From NCBI GenBank assembly GCA_038883775.1, contig JAVZLM010000007.1, positions 64,001 to 128,000 of the forward strand: a stretch of DNA of 64,000 nt. The letters run 5' to 3'. Below the pieces are notes generated by a model. That model was given only the letters and a program-made list of their open reading frames with translations, was not told the origin of the DNA and did not search any database. Below, piece by piece: positions 9,909 through 19,282 of the stretch; within the stretch, counting starts at the first letter, position 1; each line of letters opens with the position of its first letter. Source of the DNA: Candidatus Bathyarchaeia archaeon. Its GTDB lineage: Archaea; Thermoproteota; Bathyarchaeia; Bathyarchaeales; Bathycorpusculaceae. A program made the position numbers and the translations under genes.

Positions 9909-11210
9909 ATGGAGAAAAATCAAATAAACCTCCCAATCGACGAACTTCCCAAAAAATGGTACAACATAATACCAGATTTGCCTGAACCATTACCACCACC
10001 AAAAGAACCAGAAACTGGTCCATCACGCATGGAATTTCTCGGAAAAACCATGGTGCATGAATGCCTAAGGCAAGAGATGTCAAATGAAAGGTGGATTCCA
10101 ATACCAGAAGAAATAAGAGAATTATACATTCAAGCTGGACGCCCCCGCCCCCTTTACAGAGCCAAAAGATTAGAAAAATATTTGAAACTAAAGAAAGTCA
10201 GACTTTATTATAAACGGGAAGACTTGTCGCCAACAGGCTCTCACAAAGTTAATACAGCGTTAGCCCAAGCTTACTATGCGGCGAAAGAAGGAAAAACAAC
10301 ATTAGTCACAGAAACAGGAGCCGGACAATGGGGAAGTGCGCTTTCTTATGCAGCGGCAATTATGGGGCTTAGGTGTGTGATTTTTTGGGTTAGAGCCGTA
10401 TATAACTGGAAGACGGATAGGCGCACTTTAATGAAACTTATGGGAGCAGAAGTCCATGCTTCTCCAAGCAAAGAAACAAACATTGGGAGAACACTTTTGG
10501 CTAAGGATTTGAACCATCAAGGGTCTTTAGGCATAGCCGTCTCAGAAGGCTTGGAATATGCGGAAACCCATGAAGAAAGCGTTTATTGCCTCGGCTCTGT
10601 TCTAAATCATGTTCTAATACATCAGTCAATCATTGGTTTGGAAGCAATAAAACAGTTTGAAATTGCCGATGACTCTCCAGACTTTATTATTGGCTGTTTG
10701 GGCGGAGGTTCAAACTTCGGCGGAATAGCTCTACCCTTTGCCGGCGAAGTTCTACAGAAAAAGCGCCACTGCGAATTTTTGGCAGCCCAGTCAGAAGCAG
10801 CACCAAACCTTGTTAAAGGCGAATACCGTTATGATTTCGGCGACATAGCAGAACATACGCCTTTATTAAAAATGTATACGCTTGGACACAAAACGGAAAT
10901 GGTGCCCATAAAGGCTGATGGTTTACGTTATCATGCCGCCGCGCCACTCATAAGCGTTCTTAGACATAATAACATAGTAAAAGCCGTAGCTTATCCAGCA
11001 GATGAAAAAGCAATTTTTGAGGCAGCAAGAATTTTCTTACAAACTGAAGGCTGGCTCGCAGCGCCAGAATCCAGCTACGCCATACGTGCGGCAATAGACG
11101 AGGCTTTAAAGGCTGAAAGAGCAGGCGAAGAAAAGGTCATATGCATGAACATAAGCGGCCATGGATTTTTAGATTTGCAAGCCTATAAAGAAAAACTTTC
11201 AATAGGATAA
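9909..11210 (+). CDS. trpB2: TrpB2-type PLP enzyme (tryptophan synthase beta-like), paralog 1
   Basis: WYNIIPDLPEPLPPP, SPTGSHKVNTA, ETGAGQWG, GGGSN, GLRYH, SGHG. Confidence 0.9.
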   Translation: MEKNQINLPIDELPKKWYNIIPDLPEPLPPPKEPETGPSRMEFLGKTMVHECLRQEMSNERWIPIPEEIRELYIQAGRPRPLYRAKRLEKYLKLKKVRLYYKREDLSPTGSHKVNTALAQAYYAAKEGKTTLVTETGAGQWGSALSYAAAIMGLRCVIFWVRAVYNWKTDRRTLMKLMGAEVHASPSKETNIGRTLLAKDLNHQGSLGIAVSEGLEYAETHEESVYCLGSVLNHVLIHQSIIGLEAIKQFEIADDSPDFIIGCLGGGSNFGGIALPFAGEVLQKKRHCEFLAAQSEAAPNLVKGEYRYDFGDIAEHTPLLKMYTLGHKTEMVPIKADGLRYHAAAPLISVLRHNNIVKAVAYPADEKAIFEAARIFLQTEGWLAAPESSYAIRAAIDEALKAERAGEEKVICMNISGHGFLDLQAYKEKLSIG

Positions 11211-11212
11211 GC

Positions 11213-11918
11213 CTAAAATTTGTGGCCGTAACGCCCAGTTAATGGAACGAAGGCTACTCCGCCAAGGTTTTCTTCTTTAAGTTTTCCATCAGCACTTTTG
11301 GTGATTTTTATAAGACTTTGGAATAGTGATATGCTTCCAATGGGAATTAGCATTATTCCGTTTGGCTTCAACTGCTCAATTAATGGTTTTGGAACTTCTG
11401 GCGCAGCAGCGGTTACAAGGATTCTATCGTATGGAGCCTTTTCAACATAGCCCATAGAACCGTCTGCGCAGATTATGGTAACACGGTCGCCATAACCATT
11501 ATTGATAATGTTTTTTCTTGCAAACTCCGCTAATCCCTGAATTATTTCAACAGTATAAACGTGACCCCACTCGCTCCTTGGCGCATCGCCTGGGGCAATT
11601 ATCTCAGCTATAGTGGCGGCATGCCACCCCGAACCCGCTCCAATCTCCAACACTTTGTGGCCTATTTCCAATTGGAGGGCTTCATTCATTATTGAAACCA
11701 TGTTTCGCCTAGTCCGCAGTTGCGGAGCTATGTGGCGCCGAAATTGTCTGCCCAAAACCAATTGGAAGCGGCGTGTCCACAGCGCTGTAAGATTGCATGT
11801 TCTCTGGAAGAAACTTTGAGCGGGGCACTGAGCGCATGGCTTTGATTACTTTTGGCGAGCGGAGGATGCCTTCCCTTATTAGGTTTTCAATGAGTTTTTC
11901 CCATTCCTTTTTCTCCAA
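11213..11918 (-). CDS. pcm: Protein-L-isoaspartate O-methyltransferase, split by a 28-nt putative intron (exons 11918-11732 and 11703-11213; 225 aa after splicing)
   Basis: Upstream ORF encodes VPRSKF...[16 protein letters not shown]. Downstream ORF encodes MVSIM...[30 protein letters not shown]. Removing 28 nt joins them in frame. Confidence 0.9.
11704..11731 (-). other. Putative bulge-helix-bulge (tRNA-endonuclease-type) mRNA intron in pcm
   Basis: mRNA reads G-CGCC-AC^A-UAG-C-UCCGC-AACU-GCGGA-CUA-GGCG-AA^A-C: 4-bp helix CGCC/GGCG, 3-nt bulges ACA and AAA, 8-bp inner stem. Canonical cuts give CCA CAC ATG. Confidence 0.85.
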
Positions 11919-11962
11919 TTTTGTAGCACCAAAAAGAAATATTGCGAAGGATGCTTTTAACA

Positions 11963-13792
11963 CTATTTCACTGTGACGGATTTTGCCAAGTTTCTGGGCA
12001 TGTCTGGGTTGTGTCCCCTTTCAACAGCCATGTAATAAGCCAAGAGTTGAAGCGGAATAATATATGGTATGGGCGACAATACTTCTGGAATCCCCATAGG
12101 CATTTCAATCCAATCATCCGCCAAACTTTTTATTTCCTCGTCGCCTTCCTCCATAACCGCTATTATTGAGGCGCTTCTGGCTTTCATTTCCATTATGTTC
12201 CCAATTATTGTTTTGTGGGTTTCATCCCTAGGGCAGATGAAAACTACTGGAAAGCCCTCTTCTATAAGGCTTATTGGACCGTGCTTACTTTCACCAGCTG
12301 GGAAAGCGATTGCTGGAACGTAGGCAATTTCCATAAGTTTTAGCCTACCTTCATAAGCTGTGGCTGTGCTTATCCCACGCCCTAAGAAAAAGAATGTTTT
12401 GGCGTCTTTGTATTTTTTTGCGATTTGCTTCACATTCTCCTCTTGTGTTTGGAGTATTGTTTCAACTGTGTCTGGAAGTTTCTCCATTTTCTCAGCTAAA
12501 TAATCCATCTCATCCTGCGAAATTTTGCCTCTCTTCTTGGCGAGCCTCAAGGCTAGTTGAGCCAAAACCGAAAGTTGTGAAGTGAAAGTTTTTGTTGCTG
12601 CTACCCCAATCTCTGGACCAGACTGTTGACCAATGTAAACCCTTGAAACTCTTGTCAAGGTTGAGCCGATAACGTTGGTTAATCCGAGAATTGTGGCCGC
12701 TCTTTGCCTTGCGCAATTAACAGCAGCCAAAGTGTCTGCGGTCTCGCCGGATTGGCTTACTGCCAAAATCGTGCTGTCAATGTTAACTGATTTGCCATGT
12801 TGTTCAATAAATTCTGAGGCTATTACTGGATAGGTTGCCAAAAAGGCAAGTTTAGAAAACATGTAGGATGCAGCCAAACACGCGTGATAGGATGTTCCGC
12901 AAGCCACCAAATAGACTTCGCGGGCACGATCGAGAAAAGTTGCCATCAAATCAAGATAGTGCTCCTGCAATCTTAAGGTGTTCCGCAAAGTGGCTGGTTG
13001 CTCATGAATTTCCTTAAGCATAAAGTGCGGATATCCTTGTTTCACAGCCATCTCAGGCGTCCAATCAATAAGTTTTGGCTCCCGCACGACAAGGCTGGAA
13101 TCAGCAATTTTTTTAATCTCAAAACCTTCTAAAGAAAGCGTAACGAGTTCCCCATCATCGATTACGACCGCTTTATTGGTTAGTGGCAGAAACGCTGGAA
13201 TATCAGAAGCGCAGTAAATTGCATTTTCATTTATGCCAACAACTAGTGGGCTCTCATGTCTTGCGCATACTATTTTGTTTGGTTCCCTCGGCGAAATCAC
13301 CGCAATAGCATAAGAACCATCAAGCCTTTTAACAGCCTCGAGAACGGCGTCGGCGAGGCTTAAAGATGGATTTATCTTCAAAATTTCTTCAATGAGATGG
13401 GCTGCCACCTCTGTGTCGGTTTTTGATTTAAAAACATGACCGCGATTTTCCAACTCAAGTTTCAATTCGGCAAAATTTTCTATAATTCCATTATGAACAA
13501 TGGCTATTTGCCCACCACAATCCACATGAGGATGCGCATTAACCTTTAAAGGCGCACCATGAGTAGCCCACCTTGTATGCCCAATGCCGATGTTTCCAGG
13601 CAAATCGTCCAAGTTATGGATTTTGTTAACTTCTTCAATCTTTCCTTGATCCTTCTTTATATAAAGTTTCCCATCATATATGGTTGCTTCTCCAACAGAG
13701 TCATAGCCACGGTATTCAAGCCTTTTTAAAGCGGCATGAATTATTGGTGCTGCTTTTCCGTTTTTGAGGATACATCCAAAAATTCCGCACAT
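11963..13792 (-). CDS. glmS: Glutamine--fructose-6-phosphate transaminase
   Basis: [40 protein letters not shown]. Confidence 0.97.
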   Translation of the reverse strand: MCGIFGCILKNGKAAPIIHAALKRLEYRGYDSVGEATIYDGKLYIKKDQGKIEEVNKIHNLDDLPGNIGIGHTRWATHGAPLKVNAHPHVDCGGQIAIVHNGIIENFAELKLELENRGHVFKSKTDTEVAAHLIEEILKINPSLSLADAVLEAVKRLDGSYAIAVISPREPNKIVCARHESPLVVGINENAIYCASDIPAFLPLTNKAVVIDDGELVTLSLEGFEIKKIADSSLVVREPKLIDWTPEMAVKQGYPHFMLKEIHEQPATLRNTLRLQEHYLDLMATFLDRAREVYLVACGTSYHACLAASYMFSKLAFLATYPVIASEFIEQHGKSVNIDSTILAVSQSGETADTLAAVNCARQRAATILGLTNVIGSTLTRVSRVYIGQQSGPEIGVAATKTFTSQLSVLAQLALRLAKKRGKISQDEMDYLAEKMEKLPDTVETILQTQEENVKQIAKKYKDAKTFFFLGRGISTATAYEGRLKLMEIAYVPAIAFPAGESKHGPISLIEEGFPVVFICPRDETHKTIIGNIMEMKARSASIIAVMEEGDEEIKSLADDWIEMPMGIPEVLSPIPYIIPLQLLAYYMAVERGHNPDMPRNLAKSVTVK

Positions 13793-14070
13793 CTTTAAGC
13801 CTCAATTGCAAGCTTTATTCAAGACTTTCTGGAGGTAATAAGCTTTTTTAGTAATAATTTTCAAGTTCTAAAAATTTTTTAAGAATAACTCCGCTTTTAA
13901 ATGTTCAATTTAGGCTTAAATTGCTTTATTTTTTATTAAAAGCTTTAAAAAATTCTTTATAACACAAACATAGTTCTACGCTTCCTTTGCGATATAAAAT
14001 TTGTAAGTTTTGTCCGGTTACCGTAATAAAAATTTTAATAATGGGTTAGACTTTATGCTTATGAAAAGCC

Positions 14071-15036
14071 ATGAACAAAAAACTATTACTTCAAGAAGAG
14101 GGGAAAAAGCAGAAAGCAAAAGAAATAGCCATATTTGAGGATCCTCAAAAGTTAAAAATGATTTTGAATAGGCTTAGCTGGAAAATTTTGGTTATGCTTT
14201 CTGAAAGGGAAATGTATCCGCTGGAAATAGCAAAAAAACTCGGCATCCACGAACAGAAAGTTTATTATCACATAAGGAAGCTGGTGAGGGCTGGGGCCAT
14301 AATCATAGCCAAAGAAGAAGAGAAGAAAGGTGCCATAGCAAAATATTACAAGGCTGTTTCGCCAGCCTTTGGAATAGAACTTCCCCAAGGATACAAAACT
14401 TTGGAGAGGCTATCGCTTCCAGTAATTGATGAAAAAATCCAAAAATTCTTCAAAGGATTCATCAAAGAAGACGGCGCGTTCGAAGGAAAAATAGTTGTTG
14501 GAAGCCCCATGCCCCACGGACCCTTCAAAACAAGCGCAAGAGATGGCCATTACGCTTCGCATTTGACATTCTTTTTGGGGCAATTCGCCAGAATGCCAGA
14601 AGATTTCGCCATAAAACTTGATGTGGACGTTAAAGCAGAAAAGGAAGAGAAAAACAACCTAATCCTCGTGGGTGGACCTGGAACAAACCTTTTAACGCAA
14701 GAGTTGAATGATTATTTGCCAATAAGGTTTAACATGCAACCATCAGAGCAAGGCTTCCTCTTTAGCGGTTTGGTTTCAAGAAAAACTTCAAATGTTTACA
14801 CTGCAGATGCGGTAGGTTTAATAGCGAAAATTGTGAACCCATGGGATAATAGTAAGTGGGTCATAGTTTTGGCTGGGAACAAAGCCGTGGGAACAAAAGC
14901 TTGTGTGTTAGCCTTAACAAACTTTTGGAAAAAAACCCTAACGAGTTATGATGGAAAAGATTCTTTTGCAACAGTAATTCAGGGATTCGACTTGGACGGT
15001 GATGGAAAAGTTGATTCCATAGAAATCCTTGAGTAA
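14071..15036 (+). CDS. ArsR-like wHTH transcription regulator with C-terminal alpha/beta domain
   Basis: YPLEIAKKLGIHEQKVYYHIRKL HTH; NLILVGGPGTN; divergent from glmS. Confidence 0.75.
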   Translation: MNKKLLLQEEGKKQKAKEIAIFEDPQKLKMILNRLSWKILVMLSEREMYPLEIAKKLGIHEQKVYYHIRKLVRAGAIIIAKEEEKKGAIAKYYKAVSPAFGIELPQGYKTLERLSLPVIDEKIQKFFKGFIKEDGAFEGKIVVGSPMPHGPFKTSARDGHYASHLTFFLGQFARMPEDFAIKLDVDVKAEKEEKNNLILVGGPGTNLLTQELNDYLPIRFNMQPSEQGFLFSGLVSRKTSNVYTADAVGLIAKIVNPWDNSKWVIVLAGNKAVGTKACVLALTNFWKKTLTSYDGKDSFATVIQGFDLDGDGKVDSIEILE

Positions 15037-15054
15037 TTTTGCGGAAGGATAAAA

Positions 15055-15501
15055 ATGGTAACCGTTAGAGTGGCTACTTTAAAAGATTTAGAGGACATTT
15101 TAGAGTTGGAAAGGGGAGATGGTCAGCCTACAAAAGAGGATTTGAAAGTTTTATTTGGATTAGATAACCCAAATGAAAAATGTTACCTTTTTGTAGCAGA
15201 ACAAGAAGGCAAAATTTTGGGCTATTCCCGCATGCATTTTTACAGATGGAATAACAGCGCTTATATCATTACAATTCTCGTAGATGCTAAATACAGACGT
15301 AAAGGCATAGGAACCAGCTTGCTAAAATTCATGGAAAACTTCGCAAGAGAAAAAAGAGCCCGAATTTTACTCTTTGACACCTCAACCGATAATACTCCAG
15401 CCCTACAACTTTACTTCAAAAATGGCTTCAGAATATGCGGATACAACGACAAGATTTACGAAAATGGAAAGATAGCTCTCTATCTCGCAAAAGAACTGTA
15501 A
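15055..15501 (+). CDS. GNAT acetyltransferase
   Basis: VDAKYRRKGIGTSLL, NTPALQLYFKNGF. Confidence 0.88.
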   Translation: MVTVRVATLKDLEDILELERGDGQPTKEDLKVLFGLDNPNEKCYLFVAEQEGKILGYSRMHFYRWNNSAYIITILVDAKYRRKGIGTSLLKFMENFAREKRARILLFDTSTDNTPALQLYFKNGFRICGYNDKIYENGKIALYLAKEL

Positions 15502-15523
15502 TAGCGACACATGGAGAACTCCA

Positions 15524-15976
15524 ATGGATAAGGTTATTATTAGAAAAATGCATGAAAAGGACCTACCAGTGGTTTCAGAACTCGCCATGTTAGCAAATCC
15601 CCACGCAACAAAGGAAAAATATAGAAAACATATCTTAAATGAATTGAAGGAAAATCCGGACTTATCCTTCGTAGCTGTCTATGATGGAAAAGTTGTGGGG
15701 TATGCACAAGCCGACTTGTGCAATGATGAGGCTGTGCTTGAGGATATAGTGGTTGACAAACAATATCAAGGAAAAGGCATAGGAAAAATGCTGTTAGACA
15801 GGGAGTTGAAGGCCATAAAAAAGAAGAGAGTGAAAACGGTTTTGGCTGAGGTTCACTATAAATGTGCTTCCGCCATCCCCTTCTATTACAAGCATAATTT
15901 TCGCATTTCAGCATTCAGAAGAGACTACTTCGGAGAAGGACACGACGCAATAATACTAAAACTAGTTTTAAAATAA
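15524..15976 (+). CDS. GNAT acetyltransferase (RimI-like)
   Basis: VDKQYQGKGIGKMLL, AIPFYYKHNF, DYFGEGHDA. Confidence 0.88.
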   Translation: MDKVIIRKMHEKDLPVVSELAMLANPHATKEKYRKHILNELKENPDLSFVAVYDGKVVGYAQADLCNDEAVLEDIVVDKQYQGKGIGKMLLDRELKAIKKKRVKTVLAEVHYKCASAIPFYYKHNFRISAFRRDYFGEGHDAIILKLVLK

Positions 15977-15992
15977 ACCTTTGAGGCTTCTT

Positions 15993-16418
15993 ATGGAAAT
16001 AAAAGAAGTTGTTTTCGCTTACGGACACAAAAACATCCAAGCCACCCATCCAACAACTCTGGAAATAACTAAAGAAAAGAGGCTATCAAAAAAGGGAGAC
16101 TGTATTATTGCTGTTTTGGCTGATAAGGCTCTGGCGGATTTGAGCGCTGAATTTAAGGATTTTTTGCGCAGAGAAAATGCCAGAATAAGTTTACTGATTG
16201 AAGCGGGAGAAGCTGCTGATGTTGTGAATGCTTTTGGAAATCCAAAGCTGATTTTGACGCACCCTACGGACATGGTTGTAAGAAAAAGCGGTTACATTTG
16301 CAACCGAACATTGGCAATCCAAGCAGATAAGGCAGCAATCAACTTATCCAGAAAACTTGTAGAGAAACTGAAAAATTCAAAACAGAAAGTGAAAATAACG
16401 CTAACGGTAAAGGTTTAG
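15993..16418 (+). CDS. DUF371 family protein
   Basis: GHKNIQATHPTTLEITKE, GDCII, DMVVRKS, ADKAA. Confidence 0.85.
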   Translation: MEIKEVVFAYGHKNIQATHPTTLEITKEKRLSKKGDCIIAVLADKALADLSAEFKDFLRRENARISLLIEAGEAADVVNAFGNPKLILTHPTDMVVRKSGYICNRTLAIQADKAAINLSRKLVEKLKNSKQKVKITLTVKV

Positions 16419-17491
16419 AAAATTTTTGCGTCTATCACGGCTTGCCATTCATATGGGGCTGTTGCCCGAACAAACCGAGAAAACAAAACCTCCACTTTTC
16501 TTCCACATTTTTTGACAGCTTCAATGAGTTTAAGTTTCACATTTTCTAAAGAGCCAGAACCGCCAACAAAAGTGTAAAAGTGGATTATGCCACCCGCGGG
16601 CTTTAGCGCCTTACATGCAACATCCACAAACTCCATGGCTTTTTCAGGCAAATTCATTATAATACGATCTGCCATCCCCAAAAGTTTTTCTTCAACAACT
16701 TGTCTTGCATCGCCAAAAATTGGATGGACCTTGCCCTCAACCCTGTTAAGCCTAATATTTTTCTGCAAAAACTCTATGGCGTGGGAGTTCATGTCTATGG
16801 CATAAACTTTCACATTTTCATGTATTTTTGCAATTAATATTGCAAATGGACCAACACCAGAAAACATGTCTATGACGGTTTCGCCTTCCTTAACTAAAGA
16901 GGCAATTCTATTATGCTCATAGGATAGGCGTGGGGAAAAGTAGGCTTTTGCAAGGTCCACATAAAATTGGCAACCATGTTCCTTGTGAACTGTTTCTGTT
17001 TTTGGTTTGCCAGCAATCACGCTGAATTCTCTTAGACGATAAGTTCCAGAAACTGCACCAACTTTAGCAAGAACAGTCTGCACACTTTTATGTGTTTTAA
17101 GAATTGCCTCGCCGACCAGAGTCTTATATGCTTCAAGTTCTGGCGGAATCTCGATTATGGCTATGTCGCCAACAAAATCTAATGCCCTTGGCAAACTAGC
17201 CAACAAATGGGGAGGAAGCTTATCCTCCAACAGGTCGGTAAAGGCTACTTGCCTTTTTCTTTCATGAAAAATTTCAGTTGAGATTTCACAGTTTGGAAGC
17301 TGTTCTCTTAAAGTTTTTAATTCTTCTTCTGAAGGTTGACGGTTAAGCGGAACATAACTGAATGCTTCATCTCTTTTAATTTCCAATTCTTTGTCAACGA
17401 TTTCAAGTTTGTTGGCTAAGATTATGGCTTTCTCGCCAAAGTTTTTCAGAACCTTTAAACACGTAGATTTTTTCTCAACAACATTTGCCAT
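16415..17491 (-). CDS. trm5: tRNA (guanine37-N1)-methyltransferase, Trm5 family
   Basis: DFVGDIAII, HKEHGC, YFSPRL, DMFSGVGPF, DRIIMNLP. Confidence 0.9.
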   Translation of the reverse strand: MANVVEKKSTCLKVLKNFGEKAIILANKLEIVDKELEIKRDEAFSYVPLNRQPSEEELKTLREQLPNCEISTEIFHERKRQVAFTDLLEDKLPPHLLASLPRALDFVGDIAIIEIPPELEAYKTLVGEAILKTHKSVQTVLAKVGAVSGTYRLREFSVIAGKPKTETVHKEHGCQFYVDLAKAYFSPRLSYEHNRIASLVKEGETVIDMFSGVGPFAILIAKIHENVKVYAIDMNSHAIEFLQKNIRLNRVEGKVHPIFGDARQVVEEKLLGMADRIIMNLPEKAMEFVDVACKALKPAGGIIHFYTFVGGSGSLENVKLKLIEAVKKCGRKVEVLFSRFVRATAPYEWQAVIDAKIF

Positions 17492-17553
17492 ACTGTTTCC
17501 ACTAATAGTTTTGTAGTGAAACAACATAAACTTATTCAGCCATTAAAATTAGC

Positions 17554-17760
17554 CTACTTTTCCTTTGCACTAATTAAAGTCTTAGGGACTACTTCTAAAC
17601 CTACTACATTCTGCTGTGGTTTTTCTACATTTTTAAGAAGCCACTCTGTCAGTTTTTGGCATTCGTTGGGATTGCAGTATAGGCTGCCTTGTTTTATTGG
17701 CTCCCAAAACAAGCATTTGAAGCATGGAATTTCTGTTAAAATTTCCACGTCAGCATGCAT
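17554..17760 (-). CDS. Small Cys-rich protein resembling the RPC34 C-terminal Cys/Fe-S motif
   Basis: PCFKC-x12-CNPNECQKLTEWL; lies in the same-strand gene run. Confidence 0.55.
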   Translation of the reverse strand: MHADVEILTEIPCFKCLFWEPIKQGSLYCNPNECQKLTEWLLKNVEKPQQNVVGLEVVPKTLISAKEK

Positions 17761-17858
17761 TGGACATCGTGAATAGGAGAAACATACTGCTTAAACTTAT
17801 AGGTTATGAATTGGCATGTATTACTTAGCTTAATAATCGAGGCTTCTGATTCCAATTC

Positions 17859-19262
17859 TTACTCTGAAAGAAAGTTTTGATGCGCAATTATGCTTGCCTT
17901 TCCCTTAACAATTTCAAAAAGCCTTTTACTTATGAAGCCATTTTCTAAAGCTTTCTCAAGTTTTTCTACATCCAAAATCTGAATGGAGCCGTTTGGTTTG
18001 ACGCAAACATCAACCTCCAAATCCACATAACGTATGGCGTGCGGATAAACTTCCACTGGTGTGTTCAAGTTTATGTATGTTCCTTTTAGCTCACCTTTAG
18101 GGGAGAAATATTTTGTTGTGATGTGCCATTCGCCAAGTTTTGTTTCGCTTAAGGCTGTATCACCAGCTTCTTTTTTAACGCCAAGTCCATCATAGAAACC
18201 ATCACTTCGTATTGTTCGCTTAAACCTTAACTCTTTATTGTTTAGGGCGTCTATGGTTGCTTGTCCAAGATGGAAAACAATTCCGCTGAGCTTAACATGC
18301 TCAACATTCACAACAGAGTCTTCTTCTGGAAACTCGTAAAAAATCTGCTCTCTGAAGAATTTCTCCACGTTTTCCCGCTCTTCGCCTTCTTCTAAAAGCC
18401 TCTCCGCCATTTCCAAAGCTGAAGAAACCTTTCCGCCACAACTCTTATAGAAATGATGCCCATCCAAGGTTAGGGTTGCGAAAGCCCTCAGCCTATCCAT
18501 GCCTTTTTTGGAAAAGTAGGGAAATTCTACATCCATAAAGTATAAGCCATCAACCAAGAGCGCTGGAGCTTCTGCAGATGAAACCATTCTCTCTTTTAAA
18601 GTTTCAACTTTATTCGTAAGCATTCTTATTTCGTTTTCCAAAACTTCTCTCGACTGGTTTGCGGATGTTTCACGCCAAATAATCCCCCAACCATTTGGTG
18701 CAAGAGACTTTCCAAGAGCATAAAGTTCCGCTCGTTTGTGCAAATCTCTGATTTTTAGGCTTACGCCGACCTTGCTGTTTTGGGCTAGGATGGCGTAGTT
18801 TCCAATAATCTTCAAATTTGTTGTCAAGATGGGCTGTTTTGCGCCAATTTTTTTCCTTTCAACCTGAACCGTTAATTGTTTCTCGTTGGCATATGCAATT
18901 TCAGATTTGGGAAGTCGCCCAACTATGCCATTGCCAATGTTAACGTAAGCGCCATACTCATCGGAACCCACAACATTTCCACGGTATATCCCGTCAACGC
19001 TAACAAGCCATCTTCGAGTTATAATGTCATCAAAGCAAGAGTGTAAAATAGAGTGAAGCTTGTTTACCGCTTCAAGTGTTCCCAGAATTCTTATGCCTTG
19101 CAAATCATACCTATCCTTAATTTTCAAGTCTGGAGGGGCAAAATTATCATTAAGCCCAAAACGTTTCTTTATGGCTAAAGAAGGGTTAACTATTTCAAAG
19201 CCATTTTCCAAGAGAAGCTTGGTTAAGGCGGTTGTGTAAATTCCCCTAACATTAGCCCTCAA
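17859..19262 (-). CDS. fau-1: FAU-1-like RNA-binding ribonuclease (RNase E/G-like plus DUF402)
   Basis: VRGIYTTALT, GWGIIWR, GHHFYK, GFYDGLG, YINLNTPVE, YVDLEVDV. Confidence 0.85.
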   Translation of the reverse strand: MRANVRGIYTTALTKLLLENGFEIVNPSLAIKKRFGLNDNFAPPDLKIKDRYDLQGIRILGTLEAVNKLHSILHSCFDDIITRRWLVSVDGIYRGNVVGSDEYGAYVNIGNGIVGRLPKSEIAYANEKQLTVQVERKKIGAKQPILTTNLKIIGNYAILAQNSKVGVSLKIRDLHKRAELYALGKSLAPNGWGIIWRETSANQSREVLENEIRMLTNKVETLKERMVSSAEAPALLVDGLYFMDVEFPYFSKKGMDRLRAFATLTLDGHHFYKSCGGKVSSALEMAERLLEEGEERENVEKFFREQIFYEFPEEDSVVNVEHVKLSGIVFHLGQATIDALNNKELRFKRTIRSDGFYDGLGVKKEAGDTALSETKLGEWHITTKYFSPKGELKGTYINLNTPVEVYPHAIRYVDLEVDVCVKPNGSIQILDVEKLEKALENGFISKRLFEIVKGKASIIAHQNFLSE

Positions 19263-19282
19263 GATTTATTCTCCTTCGCCTT

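Noticed and set aside
11563-11597. GC-rich hairpin in pcm exon 2 encoding the [11 protein letters not shown] insertion, considered as a second in-frame intron
   Set aside because: No 4-bp helix flanked by two 3-nt bulges could be built, and the frame is open.
11702-11733. ACAT direct repeat flanking the pcm insert, considered as a target-site duplication
   Set aside because: The repeats are 30 nt apart and removing 30 nt does not restore the frame. A 28-nt excision, matching the BHB cut sites, does.
13793-14070. Long AT-rich intergenic region, considered as a replication origin or ncRNA
   Set aside because: No ORB-like repeats, cdc6 gene or stable structure; it fits divergent promoters.
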